A stretch of DNA of 64,000 nucleotides from an uncultured delta proteobacterium (GCA_963776345.1 CAVZMH010000016.1:608001-672000), one strand, 5' to 3'; shown: positions 48,299 to 58,142, counted from the first letter of the stretch. The notes: a model not told the origin generated them from the letters alone. Translations and numbers: made by a program.

Positions 48299-50161
48299 TC
48301 AGTCGGTGACCTTCTCGCCGTCGTAGAGCCCGTCGAGGATGGCCTGATACCGCTGGGTGCAGGCCTTCCGCTTCACCTTCAGGGTCGGGGTCAGCTCCCC
48401 GGTCTCCTGGGTGAAGTCATGGTCCATGACGTGGAAGCGCTTGAGCGTGTTGTAGGGGGGCTCGTGCGCGTTGAGGGTGTCCAGCACCTTCTGCACCGCG
48501 GTGACGATCTCCGGCCGCGTCGCCATCTCGGCGTACGCCGCCGGCGGGGTGATGCCCTGGTCTTGCAGCAGCTTCCGCGCCGCTTCCTCGTTCACGGTGA
48601 TCAGCACCGAGAGGTACTTCCGCTTGTCGCCGTGGACCATCGCCTGGCTGATGAGCGGGAACGTCTTGAGGTTGTTCTCGATGTTCTGCGGGGCGACGTT
48701 CTTCCCGCCGGCGGTGACGATGATGTCCTTCTTCCGGTCGGTGATCCGGACGTACCCCGCGGCGTCGATCTCCCCGATGTCACCGGAGTGCAGCCAGCCC
48801 TCGGGCTCGATCATCTCCCGCGTGGCCTCCGGGGCGTTGTAGTAGCCCTTCATCACGTTGGGGCCCTTGATCAGGATTTCCCCGTCGGAGGCGATCTTCA
48901 CCTCGCAGCCGGGCATCGGCGGGCCCACCGTCCCGATGCGCTCACGTGCGGGCGGGTTCAGCGTCGCCGCGCCAGTCGTCTCGGTGAGCCCGTAGCCCTC
49001 GAGGACCTGGAACCCGAGCATGTCGAAGAAGTAGGCGATCTTCCGGGAGAGCGGGGCGCCGCCGGAGACGAACAGCCGCATCCGGCCCCCGAGCTTCTGG
49101 TCCAGCGTGGCCTTCACCTTGCTGAACACCAGCCTCTTGGCGAGGGTGAACGAGAGCGAGTCGGCGCTCCGTCCCTGCAGCCGCGCCTCGACAGACTCCT
49201 CGAAGAGCCGCATCGCCCAGCGAAAGAGCGTCCCCTTCAGCCCCGGGGAGGCGGTGCCGTTGGTGACCACCGCGTTGTAGATCTTCTCGAAGATGCGGGG
49301 GACCGCGGGGAGAATGGTGGGCGAGGTCTCACCGATGTCGGCCAGCAGCGTGTCCGTGCTCTGGGCGAAGATCATCCGGTAGCCGAGCCCGATCCACGCC
49401 GCCTTCACGTCCTGGGCGAAGCTGTGCGCGAGCGGGAGGAAGAGCATCACCGCGTCGTCGGCTCGGAGCACCTGCATGGTGGTCAGGGCCCGGGCCTCGT
49501 AGCCGAGGTTGCCGTGGGTGAGCATCACGCCCTTGGGGTTCCCGGTGGTCCCGGAGGTGTAGATGAAGCAGCAGGGGTCATCCATCCGCAGCGCCGCCAC
49601 CCGTTCCTCGAAGCCCCGCGGCGCCTTCTGGTCGAGCGAGGTGCCCTCGGCGATGAGCTTGGCCATGGGCAGCTCGGCCCCGGCGCCCTCCTCCTCCATC
49701 GTCACCACCGTCCGCACCGACGGGCACTGGGCGAGGACCGAGCGGGCGCGGGTGAAGCGCCCGGGCTGCTTCCCGGTGCTCCGGTCGTGGTCGACGAAGA
49801 GCATCACCGCGCCGGAGTGCTGGAGGACGTACTTCACCTCCTCCGGCGTGTTGGAGGCGTAGATGGGAACGGTGATCGCCCGCGAGGCGCAGATCGCCAG
49901 GTCCACCACGCACCAGGGCAGCGAGCTGTCGGCGAACACCGCGACCCGGTCACCGGGCTGGATGCCCCGCGCCACCAGCGCGGCCGAGAGGTGCCGGACG
50001 TCGCCGAGGATGGTCTCCCAGTCGACGTGGGTCCACTTGGCGAACTTCTTGTGCGTGGCGGCGTCCTGCTTGGGAGTCCGCAGCGCCCTCTCCTGGAGCA
50101 GGTGCAGCAGCGTCATCCCCTGCGACGCCGGCGAGGTCGCGACCTGGGTCTCGGCTCTCAT
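48299..50161 (-). CDS. Long-chain fatty acid-CoA ligase (FadD15/bubblegum-like)
   Basis: YTSGTTGNPKG, EGYGLTET, WLHSGDIG, DRKKDIIVTAGGKNVAPQ, ELTPTLK. Confidence 0.92.
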   Translation of the reverse strand: MRAETQVATSPASQGMTLLHLLQERALRTPKQDAATHKKFAKWTHVDWETILGDVRHLSAALVARGIQPGDRVAVFADSSLPWCVVDLAICASRAITVPIYASNTPEEVKYVLQHSGAVMLFVDHDRSTGKQPGRFTRARSVLAQCPSVRTVVTMEEEGAGAELPMAKLIAEGTSLDQKAPRGFEERVAALRMDDPCCFIYTSGTTGNPKGVMLTHGNLGYEARALTTMQVLRADDAVMLFLPLAHSFAQDVKAAWIGLGYRMIFAQSTDTLLADIGETSPTILPAVPRIFEKIYNAVVTNGTASPGLKGTLFRWAMRLFEESVEARLQGRSADSLSFTLAKRLVFSKVKATLDQKLGGRMRLFVSGGAPLSRKIAYFFDMLGFQVLEGYGLTETTGAATLNPPARERIGTVGPPMPGCEVKIASDGEILIKGPNVMKGYYNAPEATREMIEPEGWLHSGDIGEIDAAGYVRITDRKKDIIVTAGGKNVAPQNIENNLKTFPLISQAMVHGDKRKYLSVLITVNEEAARKLLQDQGITPPAAYAEMATRPEIVTAVQKVLDTLNAHEPPYNTLKRFHVMDHDFTQETGELTPTLKVKRKACTQRYQAILDGLYDGEKVTD

Positions 50162-50934
50162 TTTGCGCCCTCCTTGTCCATCTGCGCCGCGATCTTGCTC
50201 GCGATGGACTTGACCCGCGCCTCCTCGGCCGGGTCGTCCGGAACGTGGCCTTCCTGGACCCGCGCCAGCTGGGCCCGCGCCCCGGCGACGTCACCATCGC
50301 TCCAGAGCGTCTCCGCGAGCCAGGCCGTGGCCCGAAGATTGTTCGGATCGAGCGCCAGCGCCTTCCGGTACCAGGTCGCCGACTTGCCGAGGTTCCGCTT
50401 CGGCCACGGAAGCTCCCAGTAGTACCGACCCTTGGCGATGAGCGGCATCTCCTTCTGGAACCTGGGGTCCATCTCGATCGCCCGGTCCAGCCGCTGGTTG
50501 AACTTGCTCTCCAGGCCCTCGCCGAGCGCCTTGAGGATGCCCACCGCCTGGCTGTAGATGCCGATGCCCGCCGCCCCGTAGTAGTGCCCGCCGACCCACG
50601 CTGGCTTTGCCTTCGCCATCCGGTCGCCGAGGTCCCAGACCTCGCGGCCGAGCTGCTTCTTCCGGTCGTTGTTCTCCAGGCCGTCGCCCACCCAGAGCGT
50701 GGCGCGGGCCAGCCGGAACATCCGCTCCACGTCGTCGGGCCGGGCGGCCAGCGCCGCGCTGGCCTGGCGGATCCCCTCCTCGGCCTTCGCCGGTTCGCCG
50801 CGCTCGCGCCAGAGCGCGTCGAGCGCCGCCAGCGTCGGGTCGGTTCCGGCTGCGGGGAATCCGGCGTCTGCAACGTCGGCGGCCAGACACACCGCCGGAC
50901 ACATCAGGAGAAACAGTAGACACGTCCAGCGCAT
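50158..50934 (-). CDS. Exported TPR protein (TatT/RMDN-like)
   Basis: Signal peptide; GHYYGAAGIG, AIEMDP, GRYYWELPW, ALALDPNN; stop overlaps the ligase ATG. Confidence 0.7.
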   Translation of the reverse strand: MRWTCLLFLLMCPAVCLAADVADAGFPAAGTDPTLAALDALWRERGEPAKAEEGIRQASAALAARPDDVERMFRLARATLWVGDGLENNDRKKQLGREVWDLGDRMAKAKPAWVGGHYYGAAGIGIYSQAVGILKALGEGLESKFNQRLDRAIEMDPRFQKEMPLIAKGRYYWELPWPKRNLGKSATWYRKALALDPNNLRATAWLAETLWSDGDVAGARAQLARVQEGHVPDDPAEEARVKSIASKIAAQMDKEGAK

Positions 50935-51069
50935 GGCTGGCGGTTCGCGTAACACGCGGCCGACGCCAGTCGCAAGGAAGGCGGTCCCGGGGTGGCGCGA
51001 TGCGTCAGCGCCCCTCGGCCCGGGACAGGCGCCGGGTTCCCGGGGCGGCGCAGGGCGCCGCCTCGAGGC

Positions 51070-51813
51070 TCAGGCCGCGTCGGCCTCGGCAGGGAGGTCG
51101 AGCTGCTCCTCGTCCTGGTTGAACGCGGAGAGGTACCGGGCGAGGAAGTGCTTCGTCTTCAGCTCCACCTGGCGGACGCGCTCACGGCTCACGCCCCAGC
51201 GCTGACCGAGCTCCTCCAGGGTCCGCGGCTTGTCCTGCGTCAGCCGCTCCTGGACGATGTCCCACCCGAGGTCGCCGATGCGCTTGCGGACCTTGGCCAG
51301 CGCCTCCTGGACGTCGGTGTCCTGCTCCCGGCCCAGGAAGGTGTCCTGCGGTCCGGCACTGGGCTCCTCGAGCCGGTCGAGGAAGGTGGTGTCGCCGTCC
51401 TCGTCGATGGTCGTGTCGAGGCTGAAGTCCACCATCGAGCCGCGCTCCGACTCGCCGCCGCGCACCTGGCTCCGGTTGTCCTTCAGGTACCGGGTGATGT
51501 ACGCGCGGATCCACCACACCGCGTAGGTGGCGAAGCGGACGTTCTTCTTCGGGTCGAAGTGCTCGATGGCCTTCATCAGGCCGACGTTGCCTTCCTGGAC
51601 GAGGTCGTCGAGCCGGGCGCCCCGGTGGGCGAACTTCTTGGCCACCGCCACCACGAACGGGAGGTTCGACAGGGCGAGCGTGTCGCGGGCGGAGGCGTCG
51701 CCCTTCCGGGCGCGCCGGGCGAGCTCGTACTCCTGCTCGCGGGTGAGCTGGGGTCGGCCGCCAATCTGGCGGAGATACGAGGAAAGACTCTCAGAGCGGG
51801 CAACGCTGGCCAT
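51070..51813 (-). CDS. sigD: Short sigma70-family sigma factor, resembling myxobacterial SigD
   Basis: DLVQEGNVGLMKAIEHFDP, RFATYAVWWIR, TLEELGQRWGVSRERVRQVE; region 3 truncated; symbol from recalled M. xanthus sequence and tatA proximity. Confidence 0.65.
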   Translation of the reverse strand: MASVARSESLSSYLRQIGGRPQLTREQEYELARRARKGDASARDTLALSNLPFVVAVAKKFAHRGARLDDLVQEGNVGLMKAIEHFDPKKNVRFATYAVWWIRAYITRYLKDNRSQVRGGESERGSMVDFSLDTTIDEDGDTTFLDRLEEPSAGPQDTFLGREQDTDVQEALAKVRKRIGDLGWDIVQERLTQDKPRTLEELGQRWGVSRERVRQVELKTKHFLARYLSAFNQDEEQLDLPAEADAA

Positions 51814-52129
51814 GTGGCAAACCTCCTTTCGTGGGATTTGCTGCGGTGATTCGACCCCGGGGGGGTCTTCAGAGGCCCTTCTTGGACGCACGAGGCGCCT
51901 CCGGGTTTCGCGCGCTACAAAACAAAGGACCCCCGGCATTCCTCCCCCTTACGCGACGAATTGGGTTTGCTTGCGCAGCCCCGGGGCGGCGGCAGGCCCA
52001 GGGGCAGTTGCCCGGGAACTGCTCTGGATTTTCCCGGCAGCCGGAGGGGCGAGGGGCCCCCAGCCCGGCTTGGCCCCCGGGCGAGGGGCCTGGGGCCCGG
52101 CCGAAACCCATCCCCGCGGGCGCCGCGGG

Positions 52130-53527
52130 TCAGTCCGGCAGGAAGAGCTTCCCGGGGTTCAGGAACCCCTCGGGGTCGAAGAGCTGCTTCAGCTTCCGCT
52201 GGAGCGCGAGCACGGCCGGCGCCTGCTCGAGCGGGAGGAGGTCCCGCTTGGCGACGCCGATGCCGTGCTCCCCGGTGATGGTGCCGCCGAGCTCGATGGC
52301 GACCACCGCCATCTGCCGGAGCGCGTCATCGACCCTCGGCCGGTCATCGGTGGACTCGAAGAGGATGTTGGCGTGGAGGTTCCCGTCGCCCGCGTGCCCG
52401 TAGGTGGCCACGGTGAGCCCCAGCGCCTGCCCGATGGCCTTGCACCGGTCGATCATCTCCGGGATGCGCGAGCGGGGGACGACCATGTCCTCCGACAGCT
52501 TGTGCTTGGCCATGCCCCGCAGGGCGATGCTCACCGTCCGCCGCGCGGCCCAGAGCTTCTCCCGCTGCCCCTCGTCCTGGGCGAGCCAGGTCTCCTTGGC
52601 GCCGTGCTGCTCGGCGATCTCCCCGAGCCGGGCCAGCTCGCCGAACACCGCCTCGGGCACGTTCCCGTCCACCTCGGCGAGGACGCAGGCCCCGGTGCCG
52701 GGCGGGAAGTTGAAGCCCTTGCCGTCCACCGCCTTCACCGCCAGGTCGTCCATCAGCTCGAGCGTGCGGGGGAGGACGCCGGCCGACAGCACCGCGCTCA
52801 CCGCCCGGGCCGCGGCCCGGACGTCGGAGAAGACCAGGAGCGCGGTCTGGACCTCGCGCGGCAGAGGAAGCAGCTGGACCGTGATCTCGGTCGCGATGCC
52901 CAGCGTGCCCTCGCTCCCGACCAGCAGCCCCACCAGGTCATAGCCGGCCACGCCCTTGATGGTGCGGCGGCCGACCCGGAGCACCTCGCCGTCGGGCATC
53001 ACCCACTCCATCCCCAGCACGTAGTCGCGGGTCACCCCGTACTTGAGCGCGCGCGGGCCGCCGGCGTTCTCGGCGATGTTGCCGCCCATCGTGCACCACT
53101 CCCAGGAGTTGGGGTCCGGCGGGTAGAACAGCCCCTTCGCCTCCACCGCCTTCATCAGATCTCCGGTGACCACGCCCGGCTCGACCACCGCGACGAGGTC
53201 CTCGGTGGAGATGGACTTGATGGCGTTCATCCGCTCGACGCTGAGGACGACGCCGCCCTCGACCGGCATCGACCCGCCGCTCTTCCCGCTCCGGGCCCCG
53301 CAGGGGGTCACCGGGACGCGGTGGGCGCGGGCGATCTTCAGCACCCGCGAGACCTCCGCCGTCGTCCGGGGGAGCACCACCAGATCGGCCGGGGTGGTAC
53401 CGAGGTCCGACTCGTCCCGGCCGTAATCCGAGAGCGCGTCGGGATCGGTCTTCAGGGCCGAGGACCCGAGCGCCTCCACCAGCTCGGCGCGGCACGCCTC
53501 CACCTGCTCCTTGCCAGGACGGTTCAT
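52130..53527 (-). CDS. FAD-linked oxidoreductase (GlcD/D-2-hydroxyacid dehydrogenase family)
   Basis: YPPDPNS, GGNIAENAGG...KYGVTRDYV, GSEGTLG, GHAGDGNLH, GEHGIG, LNPGK. Confidence 0.9.
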   Translation of the reverse strand: MNRPGKEQVEACRAELVEALGSSALKTDPDALSDYGRDESDLGTTPADLVVLPRTTAEVSRVLKIARAHRVPVTPCGARSGKSGGSMPVEGGVVLSVERMNAIKSISTEDLVAVVEPGVVTGDLMKAVEAKGLFYPPDPNSWEWCTMGGNIAENAGGPRALKYGVTRDYVLGMEWVMPDGEVLRVGRRTIKGVAGYDLVGLLVGSEGTLGIATEITVQLLPLPREVQTALLVFSDVRAAARAVSAVLSAGVLPRTLELMDDLAVKAVDGKGFNFPPGTGACVLAEVDGNVPEAVFGELARLGEIAEQHGAKETWLAQDEGQREKLWAARRTVSIALRGMAKHKLSEDMVVPRSRIPEMIDRCKAIGQALGLTVATYGHAGDGNLHANILFESTDDRPRVDDALRQMAVVAIELGGTITGEHGIGVAKRDLLPLEQAPAVLALQRKLKQLFDPEGFLNPGKLFLPD

Positions 53528-54219
53528 CCGAACATCTCCACCAGGCTCCCGGACATGGCCAGCGGGGCCTCGACGCAGAGGAAGGTCACCACCCGCGCCA
53601 CCTCGGCGGGGCTCATGTCGGGCGTCCAGCCGGAGCCCTCCAGCATCTCGGTGTCCACGCTGCCGGGGAGCACCGCGGCGACGAGCACGTTGCGCGCCTT
53701 CACCTCGGCGGCGAGCGCCTGGGTGAAGCCGTTGAGCCCCCACTTGCTGGCGCAGTACGCGGTCATCCCCGGCGTCCCGAGGCGGCCGCTGATCGACGAG
53801 ACGTTCACCACCCTGCCCCACCGGCGCTCGGCCATCCCGGGAACGCAGCGCCGGGCGAGGTAGAAGGGCCCGTTCAGGTTGACCGCGATCACCCGGTCCC
53901 AGTCGGCGTCGCTCATCTCTGCCACCGGTCGTCGGAGGGCGATCCCGGCGTCGTTCACCAGGACGTCCACCGGCCCGAGGCCCCGCTCGACCTTGGCCAC
54001 CGCCTCGTCCACGGCCCGTGCATCGGCCACGTCGGCGGCGACGGCGAGCGTGCGGGCGCCCCGGGCCCGGAGCGGATCGGTCACCGCCAGGCTCCCCGGC
54101 TCGGTCGTGGAGAGGACCGCCACCGCCGCCCCGGCCGACGCCAGGTGCTCGGCGACGGCCCGGCCGATCCCCCGCGAGCCGCCGGACACCAGGGCCACCC
54201 GCCCGGCGAGACCGCTCAC
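53524..54219 (-). CDS. Short-chain dehydrogenase/reductase
   Basis: SGGSRGIG, LVNDAG, NVSS, YCASK, PGSVDT. Confidence 0.9.
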   Translation of the reverse strand: MSGLAGRVALVSGGSRGIGRAVAEHLASAGAAVAVLSTTEPGSLAVTDPLRARGARTLAVAADVADARAVDEAVAKVERGLGPVDVLVNDAGIALRRPVAEMSDADWDRVIAVNLNGPFYLARRCVPGMAERRWGRVVNVSSISGRLGTPGMTAYCASKWGLNGFTQALAAEVKARNVLVAAVLPGSVDTEMLEGSGWTPDMSPAEVARVVTFLCVEAPLAMSGSLVEMFG

Positions 54220-54827
54220 CGCGACGCTCCAGCGGCGGCGACGCGGGCCCACAGCTCGCGCCGGAGCATCCCGTCCTTGCGCAGCACGCCCTCGTACGCC
54301 TCGGCGTGGGTGACCGCGTCCCGCTGCTCCTCGCCGCGGACCCGCAGGCACGCCTGGTGGGCCTCGATGATGCACGCCGCGCCCGGGCTCTCGAGGCCCC
54401 GGGCGAGCGAGCGCGCCACGCCGCGCGCGAGGTGCTCCTGGAGGATCAGCCGGTGCGCCCAGGTGTCGAGCAGCGCCGCGAGCCGTCCGAAGCCCACCAC
54501 GAACGCGCCCGGCACGTAGGCCAGGTGGGCGCGGCCCTCCACCGGAAGGAGGTGGTGCGGGCACATCGAGTGGAAGCGCAGGCCGGTGATCACCACCAGC
54601 TCGCCCCGGGAGCCCTCGGGCACCGGGAGGCGCTCGGCGAGCACCGTGTCCGGGTCGCGCCCGTACCCATCGAGGAAGTGCTCCGCCCAGGCCTCGGCGA
54701 CGCGGGCCGGGGTGTCCTTCAGCTCGGGGTCGTCCGGCGGGAGCCCCGAAGAGACCAGGAACGCCTGGACGGCGCGCCGCATCCCCTCGAGGTCCGGTGC
54801 CGGGCCGGTGCGCCCCCGGGGGCTCAC
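54216..54827 (-). CDS. folE: GTP cyclohydrolase I homologue (atypical)
   Basis: DTPARVAEAW, SMCPHHLLP, AHLAYVP, LQE, ACLRVRG. Confidence 0.8.
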   Translation of the reverse strand: MSPRGRTGPAPDLEGMRRAVQAFLVSSGLPPDDPELKDTPARVAEAWAEHFLDGYGRDPDTVLAERLPVPEGSRGELVVITGLRFHSMCPHHLLPVEGRAHLAYVPGAFVVGFGRLAALLDTWAHRLILQEHLARGVARSLARGLESPGAACIIEAHQACLRVRGEEQRDAVTHAEAYEGVLRKDGMLRRELWARVAAAGASR

Positions 54828-55177
54828 TCCGCGCTGTACGTGACGCAGTACTCGGGCGTTTCCCACAGGCGGAGCTCCTTGAGCTGGGGAAGCTGCGGCT
54901 TCAGCCGATCCCAGATCCAGACGATCACGTTCTCCGCAGTGGGGTTGTCGAGGAAGTCGTTCAGGGTGTGGTGATCGCACTGGTTGAGCGCGAGCTCCCA
55001 GGTCTTCTTTCGGATCTCCTCGAAGTCGATGATCATCCCGTCGCGCGGGTTGGGCTTGCCGGTCACGGTGACCTGGAGCTTGTAGTTGTGCCCGTGCATC
55101 CGGAAGCAAGGGCCGTCGTAGTAGGGCAGCCGGTGCGCGGCGCAGAACGGGAAGTCGACCGAGAGGTCCATCGGCAT
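54824..55177 (-). CDS. queD: 6-carboxytetrahydropterin synthase / PTPS family
   Basis: AAHRLP, CFRMHGHNY (CxxxHGH), GMIIDF, DHHTLN, PTAEN, WETP. Confidence 0.88.
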   Translation of the reverse strand: MPMDLSVDFPFCAAHRLPYYDGPCFRMHGHNYKLQVTVTGKPNPRDGMIIDFEEIRKKTWELALNQCDHHTLNDFLDNPTAENVIVWIWDRLKPQLPQLKELRLWETPEYCVTYSAE

Positions 55178-55234
55178 GGGCTCGTCGTAACCCCGATCTC
55201 CCGGCCCTGCAATCGCCCCGCCCGAGGCGACCGA

Positions 55235-56719
55235 TCACCGGCCCCGAGCCAGCCGGTCCAGCACTCGCGCCAGCACCTCGACCCCGCGGCGGATCTCGTC
55301 TGGCGGCACCGCGGCGAACCCGAGCTGCAGCCCCTCGCGCCGGAACCGGCCTCCCCACTCCCCTCCGAGCGCAGTCACCTCGACGTCCTCCGCCGCCGCG
55401 GCGCGGATGGCGGCGTCCGCGTGCAGGCCCCTGCCGAGGAAGCCGGAGGTCTGGAGGCCGGCCTCGACCGGTGACAGGGTGAGCAGATCTCCGAGCCAGC
55501 GCGCCGCGCCCTCGTAGAGCACGGCCCGGCGCTCGGCGTAGACCTCTCGCATGCGCCGGACGTGGCGCCCGAGGTGGCCCTCCTCGATGAATGCGGTGAG
55601 CACCGCCTGGTCGAGAACCGGAGGGTGCCTGACCGTCGCGGAGCGGAGCGCCGCCATGATTTCCACCAGAGGCACGGGCAGCACGAGGTAGCCGAGCCTT
55701 AACCCCGGAAACAGCACCTTCCCGAAGCTGCCGGCCAGGAGCACCGGGGCGTCTGGCTCGAGGCCCTGGAGCGCAGGAATCGGGCGACCCTGGTAGCGGT
55801 ACTCGCCGTCGTAGTCGTCCTCGAAGAGCACCGCCCCGCTCGCGTGCGCCCAGCGGAGCAGCGCCAGCCGCCGCGCCACGCTCATCGTGACGCCCAAGGG
55901 GTACTGGTGCGCGGGCGTGGTGTAGACCAGCCGTACTCCGGCCAGCCGCCGGTGGTCCACCACCAGCCCCTCGCCGTCCACCGGCACCGGGACGAGCCGG
56001 GCGCCGACAGCGGTGAACGCGCGCGCCGCGCCACCGTAGCCCGGATCCTCGAGGCAGACCCGGTCGCCCGGGTCGACCAGGAGGCGCGCGGCGAGGTCGA
56101 GGGCTTCCTGGACGCCCGACACGACGGCGATCTGGTCGGGCTCGCAGCGTGCGCCGCGGGCGGCGCGGAGGTGCGCGGCGATGGCCTCCCGGAGCGGACG
56201 ATGGCCGAGCGGCTCGGACCCGAGCAGGAGCCGCGTGGACGCCCTGCGGAGCACCCGACCGGTGACCTGCGCCCAGAGCGTGGCCGGGAAGAGCTCGAGC
56301 GCGGGGAGATCGGTCCGGAAGGCGCGCGTCCGTCTCGGCTCGAGGACCGGGAAGGCACGGACGCGCCGGCCGAACCGGGACAGGGTGATGTGGGCCGGGC
56401 GTCGTGCCCGGAGCGCGCCCTGCGGCCGCTCCCCGAGGCCGAGCAGTGCGTCCGGCGGCACGGGGACGACGAAGGTCCCGGACCCCACCGTGGAACGCAC
56501 GTACCCCTCGGCGCGGAGCTGCGCGAACGCGGCGACCACGGTCCCCCGGGCGAGGCCGTGCTGGCGCGCAAGGTCCCGGGTGGCCGGGAGCCGCGCGCCG
56601 GCGCGGAGCCTGCCGCCAAGGATCGCCGAGCGAAGCGCCTGGTACAGCCAGCGCTGCGCAGGCTGCCCGGCCAGGCGCGACCCGAGGACCAGCTCCAGGG
56701 TGCCGGCGAATCGAGCCAT
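55235..56719 (-). CDS. MocR/GabR-family PLP-dependent GntR regulator
   Basis: LPATRDLA...ARGTVVAAFAQL wHTH; TPAHQYPLG, EDDYDGEYRY, GSFGKVLFPGLRLGY. Confidence 0.92.
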   Translation of the reverse strand: MARFAGTLELVLGSRLAGQPAQRWLYQALRSAILGGRLRAGARLPATRDLARQHGLARGTVVAAFAQLRAEGYVRSTVGSGTFVVPVPPDALLGLGERPQGALRARRPAHITLSRFGRRVRAFPVLEPRRTRAFRTDLPALELFPATLWAQVTGRVLRRASTRLLLGSEPLGHRPLREAIAAHLRAARGARCEPDQIAVVSGVQEALDLAARLLVDPGDRVCLEDPGYGGAARAFTAVGARLVPVPVDGEGLVVDHRRLAGVRLVYTTPAHQYPLGVTMSVARRLALLRWAHASGAVLFEDDYDGEYRYQGRPIPALQGLEPDAPVLLAGSFGKVLFPGLRLGYLVLPVPLVEIMAALRSATVRHPPVLDQAVLTAFIEEGHLGRHVRRMREVYAERRAVLYEGAARWLGDLLTLSPVEAGLQTSGFLGRGLHADAAIRAAAAEDVEVTALGGEWGGRFRREGLQLGFAAVPPDEIRRGVEVLARVLDRLARGR

Positions 56720-56765
56720 GTGGACCAGTCCATCAAGACTAAATGGCCATTTCAAGCTGGTCCAC
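56720..56765. promoter_or_regulatory. Probable MocR operator (inverted repeats)
   Basis: GTGGACCAG...CTGGTCCAC arms with internal AAATGGCCATTT palindrome in the divergent intergenic region. Confidence 0.7.
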
Positions 56766-56784
56766 TGACGGCTAGGGATGGGCC

Positions 56785-57201
56785 ATGAACCCTCCTGACT
56801 GGCTGGCCCGCTCCGCCCCCCGCTATGCCCGGCTCGCGCTGGGCGCCGCGTTCCTCTCCGGCATCGCCAGCCGGTTCGGGTTGTGGGGCAGGAACGTGGG
56901 GTACGGCAGCTTCGCCGCCTTCGAGCAGTACACCGCCGAGGTGAACGCCTTCATGCCCCGCTCGACCATCCCCTTTCTCGCGTGGACGGCGACGGCGGCC
57001 GAGCTCGGCCTCGGCCTGGCGCTGGTGCTGGGCCTCTGGCCGCGGCCGGTCGCGCTCGCCTCGGCTGTACTCCTCGCGCTGTTCGGTTTGGCGATGGCAC
57101 TGTCCCTGGGAATCAAGTCGCCGCTCGATTACTCGGTGTTCTCCGCCTCCGCGGCCGCGCTGCTCCTCGCCGCGCGGGCGCCGGCCACCGAGCGTCCCTG
57201 A
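56785..57201 (+). CDS. DoxX-family membrane protein
   Basis: RLALGAAFLSGIASRFGLWG, ATAAELGLG, GIKSPLDYSVF. Confidence 0.8.
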   Translation: MNPPDWLARSAPRYARLALGAAFLSGIASRFGLWGRNVGYGSFAAFEQYTAEVNAFMPRSTIPFLAWTATAAELGLGLALVLGLWPRPVALASAVLLALFGLAMALSLGIKSPLDYSVFSASAAALLLAARAPATERP

Positions 57202-57209
57202 TCCACGCC

Positions 57210-58142
57210 ATGCGCGCCTCGCTCGACGTCTCCCCTGCTCCACCCGCCGCGTCGACTGACCCGGCCGTCCAGTCCGCGAGCCCCCACGGGGCGGACTGGC
57301 TCCTGCTCCTGGGGCCTGGCCTCATCTGGGGCGCCTCGTTCCTCTTCATCGCCGAGGGGCTCCAGTCCGTCGCGCCGAACGGTCTGACCTTCGCCCGCAT
57401 CCTGGTCGGCTTCGTGACGCTGGGGCTCGCGCCGTCCGCCCGGCGGCCCATCGCCCGCGAGGACCGCGGAAGGGTGGCGCTCCTGGGCCTTCTCTGGCTC
57501 GCGCTCCCGCTCAGCATGTTCCCCTTCGCCGAGCAGCGGGTGTCCTCGGCCCTCACCGGGATGCTGAACGGGGCCAACCCGCTCTTCGTGGCCATCGTCG
57601 CGGCGGCGTTCTCCCGGCGGCTGCCGGGGCGTGACGTGCTCCTGGGGCTCGCCGTCGGGCTCGTCGGCGCCGTCCTCGTGGCCTGGCCGAGCCTCCGCGT
57701 CGGCGGGAGCAGCGTCGATGGCGTGCTGCTCGTGCTCGCGGGAGTGAGCTGCTACGGGTTCGCCCTCAACCTCGCGCGGCCGCTGCAGCAGCGGAGCGGG
57801 GCGCTGCCGGTCATCTGGCGTGCCCAGGCCTGGGCGCTCCTCATGACCGCGCCGCTCGGCCTCCCCGAGCTGCTGCGCGCGCACTGGACGCCCGGACCGC
57901 TCCTCTCGGTCCTGGCGCTCGGCGCGCTCGGGACCGGCGTGGCCTACGTGCTCCTGGCGGTCGCCGCCGGGCGCATGGGTGCCACCCGGGCCTCGGCGAC
58001 GACCTTCCTCATCCCCGGGGTGGCCCTGGTCCTCGGCGCGGCGGTGCGGGGCGAGCATGTGGCCGGGCTGTCCATCCTCGGCGGGGCGGTCTGCGTGGCC
58101 GGGGCATGGCTGATGCGGCGGGCCCAGCTCGCCGTGCACTGA
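57210..58142 (+). CDS. EamA/DMT-family transporter
   Basis: IWGASFLFI, about 10 TM segments, [20 protein letters not shown]. Confidence 0.88.
   Translation: MRASLDVSPAPPAASTDPAVQSASPHGADWLLLLGPGLIWGASFLFIAEGLQSVAPNGLTFARILVGFVTLGLAPSARRPIAREDRGRVALLGLLWLALPLSMFPFAEQRVSSALTGMLNGANPLFVAIVAAAFSRRLPGRDVLLGLAVGLVGAVLVAWPSLRVGGSSVDGVLLVLAGVSCYGFALNLARPLQQRSGALPVIWRAQAWALLMTAPLGLPELLRAHWTPGPLLSVLALGALGTGVAYVLLAVAAGRMGATRASATTFLIPGVALVLGAAVRGEHVAGLSILGGAVCVAGAWLMRRAQLAVH

Noticed and set aside
54216..55177. 7-deazaguanine DNA modification (dpd) defence island
   Set aside because: No dpdA/tgt-like, queC, queE or other dpd genes nearby
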